A stretch of DNA of 59,449 bases, the filler included, from Sphacelaria rigidula (taxonomy: Eukaryota), in the NCBI GenBank assembly GCA_964200075.2. It is 8 parts of 8 records of this genome, joined end to end, with 100 filler letters (N's around TTAATTAATTAA, not from the genome) between each part and the next. Parts side by side here need not be neighbours in the genome. Positions count along the whole stretch, not along the records: positions 1 to 7,344 come from CAXNAA020015335.1; positions 7,445 to 14,788 come from CAXNAA020015336.1; 6 more parts are not named here. One strand, given 5' to 3'. This document shows, one piece after another, positions 1 to 12,428 of this stretch (its first letter is position 1; every line of letters begins with the position of its first letter). Under the pieces are notes generated by a model. The model was not told the origin of the DNA. It worked only from the letters and a program-made list of their open reading frames with translations, and ran no database searches. Position numbers and translations under genes: made by a program.

Positions 1-1339
1 GTTTCAGGCTTGAACCTCATCTCGGAGTTAAACCTCAATTCGCACAATTTGTCGTTACATCATGTTGTCCTACAACAACTCGGTTAACGCCGCCACAGAC
101 CTTTGTCGAAACGAACTTCATCTTGGACGCTACCCTCGGCTGCCGATCACCCTGTTTGAGCGACACACGTTCGACGGCTATCAAGGACTGGATCAGCATC
201 AGATATCCTACCACGAGCTAGCGCATGCACGACAACGCAAAGCGTTCACCCTCGTGCGCGAACAACACGCTATCAACGCCTCGCGCCTGGAGAGATCTAA
301 CACTGCTTTCTACAACCTCATGCACAAACGCTCTAACTGGAAAGTTGGTAATTGGGTTCGGATCTACAACAGCTTGTCGACCATCCGCCAAGGCATCAGC
401 AAGGCAGCCCACGAAACAATTTTGAAGACAAGATTGTCCCTCAATTGGACAGGACCATTCAAGATCCTCCCAGTCGGACCATCGTCATCATCACCGGATG
501 CTAAACCCGTTGGTGGCAAATTGCTCTATTTCGACTTGCCTCGCGATTTCCAGGGCAAGGACACCAACCCCCGCGTCTCCGTGCACAGATGCAAACCCTG
601 CACGAATCCGCATGATACACGTGACATGCCCAAGTACCCGCCTGCCGGACTCACACGGTATGTTCTCAACAGCTATTCGACCAAGTCCCCGCCCTACCAC
701 GTTACCACCGACGACGTGACGGAACAGCCCCTTCGATTGACCGTGTCCACCATCTCTGGCCATCAGATAACTCGTGGTCGAGGTGACAAAATCGCTGTCA
801 TGTATAAGACACACTAGCACGGTCTTCGGGGAGCGTTTTGGGAACGCGAATCCGACCTGAAATTGCACCGCCGTGCAATCCTCCTGTTCTAGACGCAATC
901 CCAACATCAGCATCTTGCTCACAACAAGAAATATGGCAACATGCGTCGTGGCGCAGCAGCCCGCGAACTTCACTGCGATCAGGGACTACGCTTCGTCGCC
1001 GATGGTTACGAACTTGTACCCACCAAGACTTGTAAGACGAAATTCTTCACAAACCAGCGACTCCTGCCCAAGGGCAGCTACCTTTGGTTCAAAGGCAGCG
1101 ACATCCTCTGGTGGTTGGGTCAGACCCACTCCGCCAACCTGGTTTTGGCCGGCACATACATCGTGCGCGTCATCGATGGCCCTGGACCCATACAGCTCAA
1201 GCTCCGGCCAGCACTATTCCCCACCAGCCCATCTGCACCACGCGGATCCTGGTGCCTCCAGCGCCTTGAGTCCAAAGGACTTTGTCGCAGTCTCCAGCGC
1301 AACATCGACCACACCCAAGACGTTCACGCCCCGCTTTGA
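1..1339 (+). mobile_element. Ty3/gypsy integrase C-terminal half (end of catalytic core, GPF/SH3 region, chromodomain, Tudor/PWWP-like domain), decayed
   Basis: Motifs in order: SYNNSVNAAT..ELHLGRYPRLP (core end), LSLNWTGPFKI and RVSVHRCKP (GPF module), ISGHQITRGRG.KIAVMYKTH(W)...WERESDL (chromo). ORFs 62-817 and 941-1339 share a frame. TAG at 815-817 is TGG in the homologous copy at 22333-23278. Confidence 0.9.
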
Positions 1340-1989
1340 ACCATGCTCCTTCGACGCAAGTGTTGCCCCCCCCCCCTCGACCCCCCATCCCCATTTCTCC
1401 TGTAAGCATTGTTTGCCCCCCCCTTTTACACCAGGACCTTCTTTTACGACATCACAACCGTGCGACCTACGTCGGACGACGACCAAGAATTACTGAGACG
1501 ACCACCATCTCCGACTGCTGGAGCTATCGTATCCCCTCGCGGCTGGTGCTCGATCTCGTTGGATCACCGATTTTCATATTTTCGATCTTGCAGGTTTTTG
1601 CACCTTTGGATTCCCCCACGTTGACGCTCTGCTCCCTGTCGTACCTCCCTTTTTTCCCCCCTTAGGTTTTGCTAGGACGCCGAAGCAATTTGTGCTTCTT
1701 CGTTGATCGCTAGCACGCAGAAGCAGTTTGTGCTTCCGCGTTTCGGAGCAGCTTTTTTCCGCTCCTCGAAGCAGTCTATGCTTCCTTTCTTTTGAGGTGT
1801 GGGAGTGGGTACAGGATTGTTGGCACGGGAGTGTTTCCTTAGAACGCTTTCCAGTTCGGTACGGGAGTGTTTCCTTAGGTATGTTTTATTAGCTGCTCAT
1901 GACTTTACGAGTAAAGAAAAAACATTAGTTTTCGCTGCTTTGAGGATTAATTACCGCAGCTGTAATAAAGTTTCGTCTGAGTGGGTTAG

Positions 1990-2461
1990 TGTCATGAAGA
2001 CGCATATTAGCCTCTTGTCATGCCGCTTCAGACCCGCTGTCGAGTCTGGCTATTTGCTTTCTGGTATGCCGGTATCCTAGACTGCAGGTCTGTTCAGAGG
2101 TGGTCAGGTACGAGTGTGAACATCTATATTGCAGAGATGATGTCGGCTTTATTCGTCGCAGCACGAACAAAGCTCCCACCATTTGTCACTACTATCCTCT
2201 ACCCCTCTTCCAGCAAACGAAGCCTGAGCATCGGTGAGATTGATTGACTGAGCGTTTTGATTGGATTAGTCGATTGGAACTGGAAGGTAGAGACAAGATA
2301 ACGAAGAAGAAGAAGAGAACTGCGCGTGAGACCTCATTCTGACACACTGTGTGAGAAGCTGTGCCGAGCTGTGCCGGACTGTTTATTGTCCACTTGCCTT
2401 GTGAGCCTGTGCTTGGACTGTAAGCTGTGCCTTGCTATAACAGCACCGCAACGTAATTACA
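1990..2461 (+). repeat. 3' LTR of the gypsy element (diverged subfamily)
   Basis: Starts TGTCATGAAG after the G-rich GAGTGGGTTAG and ends ..ATTACA. Aligns by eye with 23893-24403 and 45539-46364. Confidence 0.75.
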
Positions 2462-3930
2462 TATTTCTCTCTTGTTCTGTTTTCTTCACTCGTCATTTTC
2501 CTCTCCCTTCCCTCATGTTCCCCTTTTGACGAATTCCTCCAGCGAGCGTTCTGTTTGTTCACCCCGGGTGAGTCTATCCTGTGGTATCTCGTGGCAAAGT
2601 TTTGGATTCCTCGGGAATCACTCAACGTGCGGTACCCAATCACTGAACCAACCTTTTGCTCATTCCTACTGCTCTCAAAATCAGTCGCCCGTCACATACT
2701 CTCGTGGTTGATCTGCGACATGTCGCGACTGAGGGATGAATGAACCCTTGACGGCAGATTATTGCCGAGATAGCCCCCCCACAAAAGTGCACCGGGGACC
2801 GTCCGACAAACCGGCTGCGATCCCATCGTTTGCAGCAATTTCGCTCACATGAGGGACGTGTAGCAGTCCGGAATCAGCTATAGCGCCCAAATGAGTGGCG
2901 TCGTGCAGCAGGAAACCAGCTCCAACGGCATTTATGATCATCGCCTCCGTGCACGTTTTTGGCCGGTTCGGGGGGGGGCTATCTCGGCAGCAGTCGGCAA
3001 CATAGTGGTCGAGTCTAGCGTGATTCAGTTGATATCCGTGTAAGTTGTTACGGTTTGATTCCGAACGCGCGAGTGTTCATACATCGAAAACCAAAAACCT
3101 TCACTAGTTAAGGAATCCGAGTCATCATTACGACGGACGTGGTTGCAGCGGAAATTCACGCGTGGAGCCAGCGACGGCGTCGGGCGTCGTACCTGCTTCG
3201 ATGATGGCAATAGGCTGATCTGCGACAACCGCTGCATCGGTGCTCCCACGCTGAGCAGACACAAACCAGCGTTCGACGCAGCAGAGCAGCGAAAGGCGCA
3301 AATCAAATTGCTTAGCTCGTCGCTGCGAAATAAGACGGTAAGCGAACAAGGTTTTTATTTTCCATTCAAAACCGAGAGTCGCTTGAGCGCAACAAAACGG
3401 ATGAGGACCGGTAACACTTTACTATACTTGACTGAAGCCAATCAGGAACACACACTCCACCTTCGCACAGCGGAGTCGCCCACAAATGTTCAAGATGACG
3501 CTGGGTAACACCCTCCATTCATATCCAGGTGTGTGGATTCAACTCGAGCACTCGGGGTTTTGAAACTCGCGAAGATATTGACACAATTCTTCAACCGGAA
3601 TTCACTTTGAGTCATTGATATGTAGTATTGAACTAATGCCTCCCTACCGCATTGTTCAACCCTTCCTCCAGTCCTGTCGCGCTTTTGTGTGAGGTGACGT
3701 GCGGCAGTGACTGGGCCTGATCTTGGTGTCTCTGTTCCGACTCAACGGCAGCCAAGGAGTCGGTGACGTTCTGCATGCTGCCCGTTTATTCGACCTTAGC
3801 TCTGTCCTGCAAAGTACGTCGTAGGTGGAAGCGCGACAACAGTCATAAGCCCATGCTCGACGTGCCAAGTGTGTGGATCAGTTCAGGCGCGCACGAACTC
3901 TTCTGAACTTGAGATCTCCCCTATGGAAGT

Positions 3931-4400
3931 GCGATTTTGGGTGGGGGGGCTCGGCCTCCCAGAAGGAAGCAAGAGGTATAACAGTAGGTGAGTGGAGGAG
4001 GGAGTAGATGCACAGGAATTGACCCCGTGGCAAAACAATGGAGAGTAGAACCCACATACTGCAGTGGCAGAATATGAACCATACAGGGAGGAACGGGACG
4101 TGTCAAAGGGGGGAACGTGGGAAGTTAACAAAGGTGGCACAAACTCGTTTGGTACTTAAGAAGGTAGCGAGAAAAAAATGGCTGTACTAGGGGATAAATG
4201 GTGGCCACAGACGGCGGAATAGGAAGGGGATATGATGTGAAACCTCTTTCTGCGTAACGTACGGAAGAAAGGAGATGGGCGCCCGAATGTTGGTGGTGTC
4301 TGTATTAGGAATGCGAGCATAGCTCTTCGTCTGGAAAACGATGCTTGATCAACGGTGAGATGGCCAAGGAAATTAAGAGATGAGTACGCCCCCCCCCCCC
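3931..4400 (+). mobile_element. 5'-truncated LINE-like element: decayed ORF2 C-terminus running into a C-run
   Basis: Degenerate CCHC-like segment (xPRGKTMESRTHI), then LGDKWWPQTA and RPNVGGV. The last ~70 nt match the short dispersed copies and end TGAGTACG-C12. Imperfect TSD: CTCCCCTATGGAAG before, CTCCCATGAAAG after. Confidence 0.65.
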
Positions 4401-4842
4401 TCCCATGAAAGCTAGAGATCCTCAGCGCTCGGTGAAGTACTTAGTGGTCGTTACAATGATAAACATGAAGAACAATATATATATATCGCAAGTACATATG
4501 CTCGTAGAGCCGCTACTCAGTTTCAGGCAAAGGTACGTGAAGGGACTCGTGTGTTCATGAGGGCTCGGATGAACATGGCCTAGGCGGACTTACTGATTCG
4601 CTGGTGCAGTTGCACGAGATCATCATGAGACGCAATCAACTGTTCGCAAGAAAACAAGGTACTCATATCAAGCCCGACACATATTCACTCATTGAACTGC
4701 ATTTTCACGAAAGATAAAACAGGAGCAAGAAAGCAGGCCTGCATGAGCTCGAAGGTCTCCTCCAGATCAACAAACCCACCACGAATACCACAAAAACATA
4801 GCCTCACACCTCTCTAATCCATCTAGACTACTACTACTGAGA

Positions 4843-5200
4843 GCCGGTCGCCCTGGTGGCTCAGTTGGTGACTTTGAAGCCTTTTGAGGGTTGGGTCGTG
4901 GGTTCGAATCTCGGAGCGATCGATCTCGGATTTTACTCACATAATGCCCAACAGTGGAGAGCGACTACGTCGTGGGTACACAACAATTCGACTTGATGTT
5001 CGACGAGGGAAGGGGATTGCAGAACCCCTCTCTCGATAAAAAATAAAAATGCAAGCACCACAGAAGGAAGGTGGAGAACTTGGAGAAAATAAAAAGAGAA
5101 ACCTCCTGCGCTGGCCTCCTTCCTCTGTGACTTCAGCTGGTGCGCCCACATTTACTGAAATGTGTAGACCGACGTCCAGTATAAATGGTGTGACAACACA
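4843..5200 (+). mobile_element. tRNA-derived SINE-like element, copy 1
   Basis: A-box TGGCTCAGTTGG and B-box GGTTCGAATC, with no proper acceptor stem. About 350 bp of homology to 12075-12428 on the minus strand. Confidence 0.75.
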
Positions 5201-5435
5201 CCCGCACTACTATATGTGATGCTCTACATTCCAAAGTTCGTTAACTCATCTTCGTACACTCACTCGTACTATCACACCCGACTTTCGAAGTTGTGGCGAG
5301 GCGTGGGGCTCGTGACACCTGCCGGGCGGTAGGTTGATGGCTGATGCAGTATTGTGCCAAGAAAAACGTGCTTGACCGGCATGCCGTGGTCGACTGACTT
5401 GCATGTCAGTGACACCACACGCGGTCATTTGACTA

Positions 5436-5768
5436 CCCCCAAAATTCCTCCAGGGCGGTCAACGTTTCGATCCTCCAGACAAATTGGACGCCTCCGGAGG
5501 GGTGCGCGGCCCTTGAGACGGGTGCACGGCTCTCCAGAGGAGAATGTTTTTGTTGCCTCCAAAGGGATTGAACGCCTCCGCAGGCTTGGTTTTGCCTCTT
5601 GAGGGCCGCGCATCCCTCCAGAGGCATTTTGCTACCCCCGAAATTCCTCCCACGGGTGGAGGGCCTCTAGAGGATAATATTTTGTTTCCCCCAGAGGGAT
5701 TGTACGCCTCCGGAGGCTTGTTTTGCCTCTGGAGGGCCGCGCATCCCTCTGGAGATATTTTGGGGGGG
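5436..5768. mobile_element. MITE-like element with internal tandem duplication
   Basis: Ends CCCCCAAAATTCCTCCAG and CTGGAGATATTTTGGGGGGG are imperfect inverted repeats. 5530-5625 is repeated at 5666-5752. Confidence 0.5.
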
Positions 5769-6359
5769 AACCAAATGGCGGCGTGTGAAATACCACCAAG
5801 TGCGCCATGTCTCGCAAATGAAAGCACAACCCTTGGCAACAGCAAAAATGCACCCAACTTTCTCGCGCGGCGAAGTAGCACAAGACGGAGGGGGAGTCAC
5901 AGCCGTTGCCGACCTCTCGGCTGTGCTGGTGCTTAACGGCATACTTTGTATGTAACCGACGCGCCGAGGTCATTCGTACACCCTGGGCAATCGTAATCAG
6001 CAAGCGCGAAACAGCTGAAACGGGGCGCTGGGTGAAAACAAAAACAAAGAGCGGGGGTGAGTCTGTACTCTGCTGAATTCGGAGTCATGATGCAATGGGG
6101 AGGGGGGGGCGTTTGATTTCACAAACACTATCGGGACCAAGCGTGTGAGACGACCCAACACACTTACGGTGCGCATGTATTTGGATAAAATGGCGTCACG
6201 TAAAATGAACTAGCGTTATTCATCTGTACCAAGCGCGTTCGAACAACCGTTGCAGCTTCCAACCACGATTTGAAGAGGGATTTTGTGTGGGGAATGGCCC
6301 CAAGTACCCTGCCCCCCCTTTCGTAGCCACGGCGTTTCGCGCTCGGTGACTAAGGGCGA

Positions 6360-6460
6360 GCCTGGTCCGACGAAAACCCGGCGTGCTCCGTTCCGGCTTT
6401 GTCGGGATGCGAGGTCAATGGTCTAATGACTATGGCATGCATGATCACGACTACACTCCC
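6360..6460 (+). repeat. LINE 3'-end fragment, subfamily B
   Basis: GTGCTCCGTTCCGGCTTTGTCGGGATGCGAGGTCAATGGTCTAATGACTATGGCATGCATGATC matches 42950-43045 and is related to subfamily A. Confidence 0.6.
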
Positions 6461-6623
6461 GATTGTAGGATGACTCATACTATAACACGCGATCCACGGG
6501 AGATGCGGATGTATAGCTCTGGCAACGGGCGAATCTCCCACCAACCCCATCAGTGCACAAGCCCAACCTCCTGTTCGAGAAGTGTCTGATCATCCCGGCG
6601 CGGCGTCACGTGTGAGATAAATC

Positions 6624-7240
6624 TTGAACACGCGTGAGATAAAACAATGGGACCCGCATAACGAACAATTGTTCAACGTTTTATATGTGTCGACGAGTGG
6701 TTCAGCGGCACGTTACCTTCTGCGTTTTCAGCCAAAGGGTTCAGAGAAACCAAACGACAAAGGTGCGTGGAAAGGTCTGGTAGCGAAATACCAGAATTCA
6801 TCCAAGCAGAGACGCCGCATACTTAGGAGACAACTGGATAACACCACCATGTCACCAGGGCAAGGTCCTCATGTATCTCTGACTTGGAGACGAGGTCGTT
6901 CACATGGGTGAGTCTATCTCCGAGGAAAGGTGGACTGATACAGTAATTGAGGGTCTAACCAGCGCTGTGATAAAATCAAGCACAACGCCGAGTGCGACCC
7001 GGACTTCGGCATCGAGGAGACTGAAAATGCTAAGCGCAACATGTATGAAACAATAATGGCACGCGAAATCACTGCGAACAGATCACACGGCCGTGATTCA
7101 TCCATACTGGCGGCATCAACTAGACGACAGTCCGAAAATGGAAACAGGCCTGTACAGTGGTGCGGTCTTCACCGCACTGATCAACATCACGATTCGACAT
7201 GTCACAGCCGACGCAACAAAGGCAACCGCGACGACAACGA
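6624..7240 (+). mobile_element. Ty1/copia-type gag remnant (frameshifted)
   Basis: NEQLFNVLYVSTSGSAARYL..KGAWKGLVAKYQNSSKQRRRILRRQLDNTTMSPGQ fits the copia gag (UBN2-like) pattern. A knuckle variant WCGLHRTDQHHDSTC (Cx2Hx4Hx4C) follows. Confidence 0.65.
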
Positions 7241-7257
7241 CGGCGACAACGACGACG

Positions 7258-7258
<1 letters not shown>

Positions 7259-7344
<86 letters not shown>
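7259..7344 (+). repeat. (AAC)n microsatellite at contig end
   Basis: Perfect AAC run up to the gap. Confidence 0.97.
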
Positions 7345-7444
7345 NNNNNNNNNNNNNNNNNNNNNNNNNNNNNNNNNNNNNNNNNNNNTTAATTAATTAA
7401 NNNNNNNNNNNNNNNNNNNNNNNNNNNNNNNNNNNNNNNNNNNN
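7345..7444. other. Artificial contig linker
   Basis: N44-TTAATTAATTAA-N44, giving stops in all six frames. Confidence 0.98.
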
Positions 7445-7884
7445 GGCCTAATGCCCCTCGATCGCGTAGATACTCTTTCAGCGCAATTCATCGACTCCGT
7501 GAGCTTACAGCGCTGACCGAAATCGTCATTTCACCCCCTTTTTTGAGGGGGGCAATATCAGGGAAAATGAAGGGTGAGCTGCATCCTGCTGAGATTGTTC
7601 AGCCCGAGGCCTACTGATTATCTTGTATTAGGATGACAGCCTATAACGAGCTGCTTTATTTTCTGGTATCACCACTTCCAGAGACAGCCACGGCTTATAC
7701 ACTATCTCATGGGTGTCTCACCATATAAAACACTATGTAATACGATCATCCTCATTGCGCAGAGTTGGGGTTCTCAAACGCCGCACAACATGATCTAGCT
7801 CGACTACCATCATGGTTACCGCAAAAAAGCGCAAGCGCGCAACAAAAACGGTAACCTGGTTGCCTAGCTTCCGCAGTGCGTGTT

Positions 7885-7981
7885 TTATAGCACCATCGCC
7901 AACCGACGCCAGCCCCATCGGGGGTCCGCCCCTACAAAGCCGGGACGGTGCACATGGGGTTCTCGCCGGACCAGGGGGGGG
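7885..7981 (-). repeat. Dispersed repeat, subfamily C of the structured LINE-end family
   Basis: Reverse complement matches 37038-37120 (C-run, CTGGTCCGGCGAGA..CCGTCCCGGCTTTGTAGGGGCGGACCCCCGATGGGG). Confidence 0.7.
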
Positions 7982-8869
7982 CAAATGATCCAGATCATGA
8001 TCCGGATCAGTATCTCTGGAAAAAGTAATTTTTCAGACGGATCATGATCAGTCCAACGTGTGTTTGCTTCGCTGTTTCCCGTTCCGTTCCGTTCTGTTCC
8101 GTTCCGTTCCATTCCCTTACCTTGTCTTCTCTTGTTTCGTTTCGTATTGTTTTATCGCTTTTGTTGATGTCTATATAGGGTACTTTTGTTTGTTCGGTCT
8201 ATATAGGGTACTGTAAGTCTGAATTTGCTGGGGGTGTGTTCGGTAGGGTATATTCTACGTTTGGGTAGTTTGAAAGATCGTACTTTTCAAGTACTCAGAG
8301 GTTGGGTAGAGTGTTGAGATCGTCATCAATAATGCCCAGACAGTGGGTAGGGTATTGCGATCGTACCTCACTTTTACCCAATATCTCGGTAGAGTTTGGA
8401 GAGTGTGCCACACAAAATTCGGTGGAGTTGATACCCGCGTATTTCCCTGTCCAACTCACCCTTGGAATTGTGACCGCGGTGGGAATATTTCAGGATCAGT
8501 TCATGTGCCACGATCGATATATCAATAGACCGATCAGTGCGTTGGTCCCGATACGCACAGTCCAGTCAATCGCAGAGGAGAAAGAGAAGGAGGGGCAAAT
8601 GCCCCGTCCGAGAGGGGTATATCATCCTCCAGAGTGTCGTTGAAGTTCAAATGTTCCGTCGTGTCAAGCGTTCCTTGTTCTTTGACTGCATGCCGCCTTC
8701 GTTGTAGCGGAAGTGGATTGGAAAAAAAGTGGCATATATCTAGCGGAGAAAATCTCAAGTCGCTGCTCGCTCGGAATCACCTTGAAACAAAAATCTCACC
8801 CCGTTTTGCTGCAAACCTTTTTGTCCAGAAGATGGAGAGAAATGCGACGCTATTCGCTGCCCGCCTTGG

Positions 8870-8938
8870 CTGTCCTGTCCTGTCCTGTCCTGTCCTGTCC
8901 TGTCCTGTCCTGTCCTGTCCTGTCCTGTCCTGTCCTGT
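8870..8938 (+). repeat. (CTGTC)n pentanucleotide microsatellite
   Basis: About 13 perfect units. Confidence 0.97.
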
Positions 8939-9589
8939 ACTTGTGCTGCATTTTTCTTGGCAGCTTTACCCTTTTTACTGTCATGGGTAGGAATGGAGGC
9001 CCTAACGACCAAAAATCAGCACAAGGTTTAAAATAAGAAATAACGCGGAGGAATAATGAACACGTCAGTAGGTGGTCGGACCTGTCCCGAGGCCCTCACG
9101 AACAGAACACACACTTCATCACTTATTCAGTTGGTTTAGTATGGGAAAGCTGTAGCACTGGAGATCGCGCGGTTCTCGACACAGGAAGCAAGCCGGCCCA
9201 CGGCACTTGACAGCCCCCCGCATACACACAAGATCTAGGGGCTAACATTTAGTATTTTGCTGGCGTCGCGAAAAAATCCCTCCCAGAGCAGAAAACACCT
9301 TATTTTAGTATATTTAGGTCATTGGCGAGTCAGCATCACGCGTAAACGCTAAAACTAAACGTTGCGACATAGCTTGGGTGTGTGGGAAGCGTACGCAAGA
9401 AACCGCAGTCCAATCCCTCGCTTCGTTGCCGAGTTGTAAGCGGTGCGCGATCGGCACTTTCGGGCTGAGGATCAGTAGCGTCTTTCGAGTTCGAAGATGG
9501 CAAATTCGAAAAAATTGGTGCGCATACTACTTTTCCTCCTGCACGCAAGTTGTGACAACATGCACTTGGGTTGCGCACCCCCAGGCGCT

Positions 9590-10120
9590 GGCTTTGTTCT
9601 GTGCGGCTGTGCACAAAGGGCAAATTCGCCTTTCAACGGCGAGTATCCTTTGAAGTGTCGAATTACAGAGGGAGATTTGACAGAAGAAGGACAAAGCTGG
9701 CGGCTGCTTCATGTCAGGGCTCCAGTGCAGAAGCCAAGGCGTCGAGAGCGATTTTAGTACGAGTATGTGTGTTACATGTGCTGGTGACCGCGGTCGTGTA
9801 TTTAGTAACTGTCTGTATGTACTATCATATAAATAGTATCAGAATGAGATGCAAACTATCCAATGTTTGAAAAGCTTCGTTTGGGGCTGCGTGTTTTTTT
9901 TGTTGCGGCGAGCAGTGTGTCATGGATGGCATTTCACTTTGTGGCATGCCACTAGGTGCTGCTGCTTTGTTCTGTACGGGTGTGCACGAAGGGCAACTTC
10001 GCCTTTCAACAGCGAGTACCCTTCATGTATTGAGTTGCAGAGAGCGAGGTCACACGTGAACTTCGGTTGTTGTGTCTTGAGGGTTTCAGCGGAGAAGCCA
10101 AGGCGCGAAGAGTGATTTTT
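9590..10120 (+). repeat. Degenerate direct duplication (~370-bp spacing)
   Basis: GCTTTGTTCTGT..GTGCAC.AAGGGCAA.TTCGCCTTTCAAC.GCGAGTA and AGAAGCCAAGGCG..AGAG.GATTTT each occur twice (about 9590-9757 and 9964-10120). Confidence 0.7.
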
Positions 10121-11012
10121 ATTTCAGACTGTGCACCATGTATGCCTAGGTCGGCAGAGCCATGATGTTTCAAGTGACTGCCTGTACACATATTCGTACG
10201 TACTGAAACTAGCGAAAAAATGACGTTGAAGATGTTGATCTGGACAGAGAGAATCAGACCGTGCTCAAGCGACTGACAAGATTGGATTCCTTCCACTCAT
10301 GCCATGACCCTGACCCCATGGGGCCCATGACAAATTCACTCTCCAATCCCGCAGTCATAGCTTTGTGTAGGACATGCAGTGCGTAGCCAATCCGCACAGC
10401 ATGAACCTCTTGATCGTCAACATCATCAGCATCGTTCTCAGTAGTTTTCGGATGCGCGACGCTGCTGCTCATGATCTCCAAATTTCCGTACTTTCTCGTT
10501 CTAGCACCATGTCAGGCATGCGTTTCACTGCAGTTACGTTGGTGTGTACCAGCCACAACAGCTGCTGTTCGTGCTCCTTTGTTTGTTATGTCGCAATGAC
10601 GGTAAATGTGGGGTGGCCGCTCGCGGGCGTGTGCTTCCCGACTGGTACAGACAGAAGCAGGACACTATTAGCCAGTGCAACAAGATTGTTCATCTACTGA
10701 TGTGGGGCGAGCTTCCCGGAGGAACAAAATGACCTCAACACTAACCACTCCCTGGCTTGAATAAATGTACTTGAAATATAGTTCATTTTTTATGAGCCAA
10801 GTGGTCACTTGTAGGTGACGCGTGTATTTTCCATTGCTATGATTCGTTGGATTACGGACCACTTCTGACGCATGTAGCGTTCAGCTTGCACTTTCCATGA
10901 ATATAGTACCCAAAATCGGCTTCCATTCCTACCCGTAACTGTACACTAAATCATTCACACCATTATTTTTTAATTTTATTTATTTCATGCTCGATTGCAT
11001 ATATAATCGCAG

Positions 11013-11187
11013 GCATCGGCCGGACTTGCTGAGCTTTAATCTAGGCTTGGCAGCGTGCGCCAGGAGGGGCGAAGCGGCGCGTACCCTCCGCCTACTCGCA
11101 GACATGCGCAGGGCCGGGCTTCTGCCCACCAGCGTGAGCTACGGGACCGCCGTGACCTCCTGTGAGAGAGCGGGAGATCTTGAACAG
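11013..11187 (+). CDS. Internal exon of a pentatricopeptide-repeat (PPR) protein gene
   Basis: RPDLLSFNLGLAACARRGEAARTLRLLADMRRAGLLPTSVSYGTAVTSCERAGDLEQ is about 1.5 canonical PPR motifs, bounded by acceptor cgcag and donor GTGTGC. Confidence 0.88.
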
Positions 11188-11457
11188 GTGTGCACTGTGC
11201 TTGAGGGTCACATGGGCGAAGGACACGGAGCGAACCCCGGGCAAAAATTTTGGGAGGGTTTGGCAAATCATGGCTGGTTCGAATCACGAATTGTAGTGTT
11301 TCTGAGACCTGATTGCTCGAAAAAGAGGAGAGCATTTGATCGCGGGTAAAAAAACGTGTTTTCATTTGGCAAATATATTGCGCTATTCCACGTGGCTAGG
11401 GTGTGCTTACCTTTACCTGGGGTCCAGTGTAACGCTGAAAACAAAGCCCAAGGATTG

Positions 11458-11724
11458 GACACGTTCTACGATAGCCCACCCACCCCCCCAAAAATAAAAT
11501 AAAATAATGCCTGGTTTGGGGAGGCAAAATGTTCACGTGAATCGAAATGGTAAAAAGCCGAGCACAGCGAGCATCTGGGAATTCCCACGCTTGGGTTTGT
11601 TCTCGCCAATGTCACCCATATAAAGCGCTTCATGAAGCCTGAACACAAACATCAGGCGGTGTATAACCATTTTTTTCGTGTTTTGGGCTGTTTTTTTGGG
11701 GGAGGGGCTATCGTGGAAAGTGTC
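11458..11724. mobile_element. MITE family M1
   Basis: TIRs GACACGTTCTACGATAGCCC / GGGCTATCGTGGAAAGTGTC. An inverted full copy lies at 57854-58099 and an internally deleted copy at 37445-37552. Confidence 0.8.
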
Positions 11725-12074
11725 ATTGGTTGATTCGTAAACGGTGTGGATCAATCACAAAATGTACATAATCGAGTAATCGTTCAGACAAACCATTGTT
11801 GTCCTGACCCTTGGAATTTTGTGCTTTCCCCCGCCCATCTTGTGTTGTGTCGACCCGACTCACAATACGTTCGAGGATCAGACAAAAGGAAGGATCGTAA
11901 GCGGACCGCGGACGGGAATGATCGTCTTTTTTTCTTGCTCTCATGTCGACCCCACATGTCGACCCACAATGTTCCGGGGGATAGATCACATGAAAGGATA
12001 ATAAGAGAAGCCCCGGACCGGCATCTTTTCGCGGTTTTCTCTCGGTTGTATCGGTTTGACTCTGTTCCACGGAG

Positions 12075-12428
12075 AGAGTGTATGTTGTCGTCCCATCTAT
12101 TCTGGACGCCAGTCTACACCTTTCGGTATAGTGGGCGCACCAGCCGGGGTCACACAGGAGGAAGGTAAACAGTAGTATTTTTTGTCTGTTATTTGTACCC
12201 CACCTTCCTTCTGCGGTGCTTGCCTTTTTCTTTTTTATCGCGAGAGGGGTCCAGCAATCCCTTTCCCCCGTCGACCGTGACGTCGAATTTTGTGTACTCA
12301 CGACATGATCGCTTTCCACTGTTGGGCGTGGTGTGAGAAAAAATCCCAGATCGCTCCGAGATTTGAACTCACGGCCCAACCGTCAGAAGGTTTCGAGGTT
12401 ACCAACTGAGCCACCGGGGCGACCGACT
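12075..12428 (-). mobile_element. tRNA-derived SINE-like element, copy 2
   Basis: Reverse complement GTCGCCCCGGTGGCTCAGTTGGTAACC...GAGTTCAAATCTCGGAGCGATC; the body is collinear with 4843-5200. Confidence 0.75.

Noticed and set aside
4848-4920. Functional tRNA gene
   Set aside because: A and B boxes are present but there is no acceptor-stem pairing, and it is embedded in a longer dispersed repeat.
7041-7400. Poly-N/T/Q proteins
   Set aside because: These are translations of the (AAC)n microsatellite and the gap.
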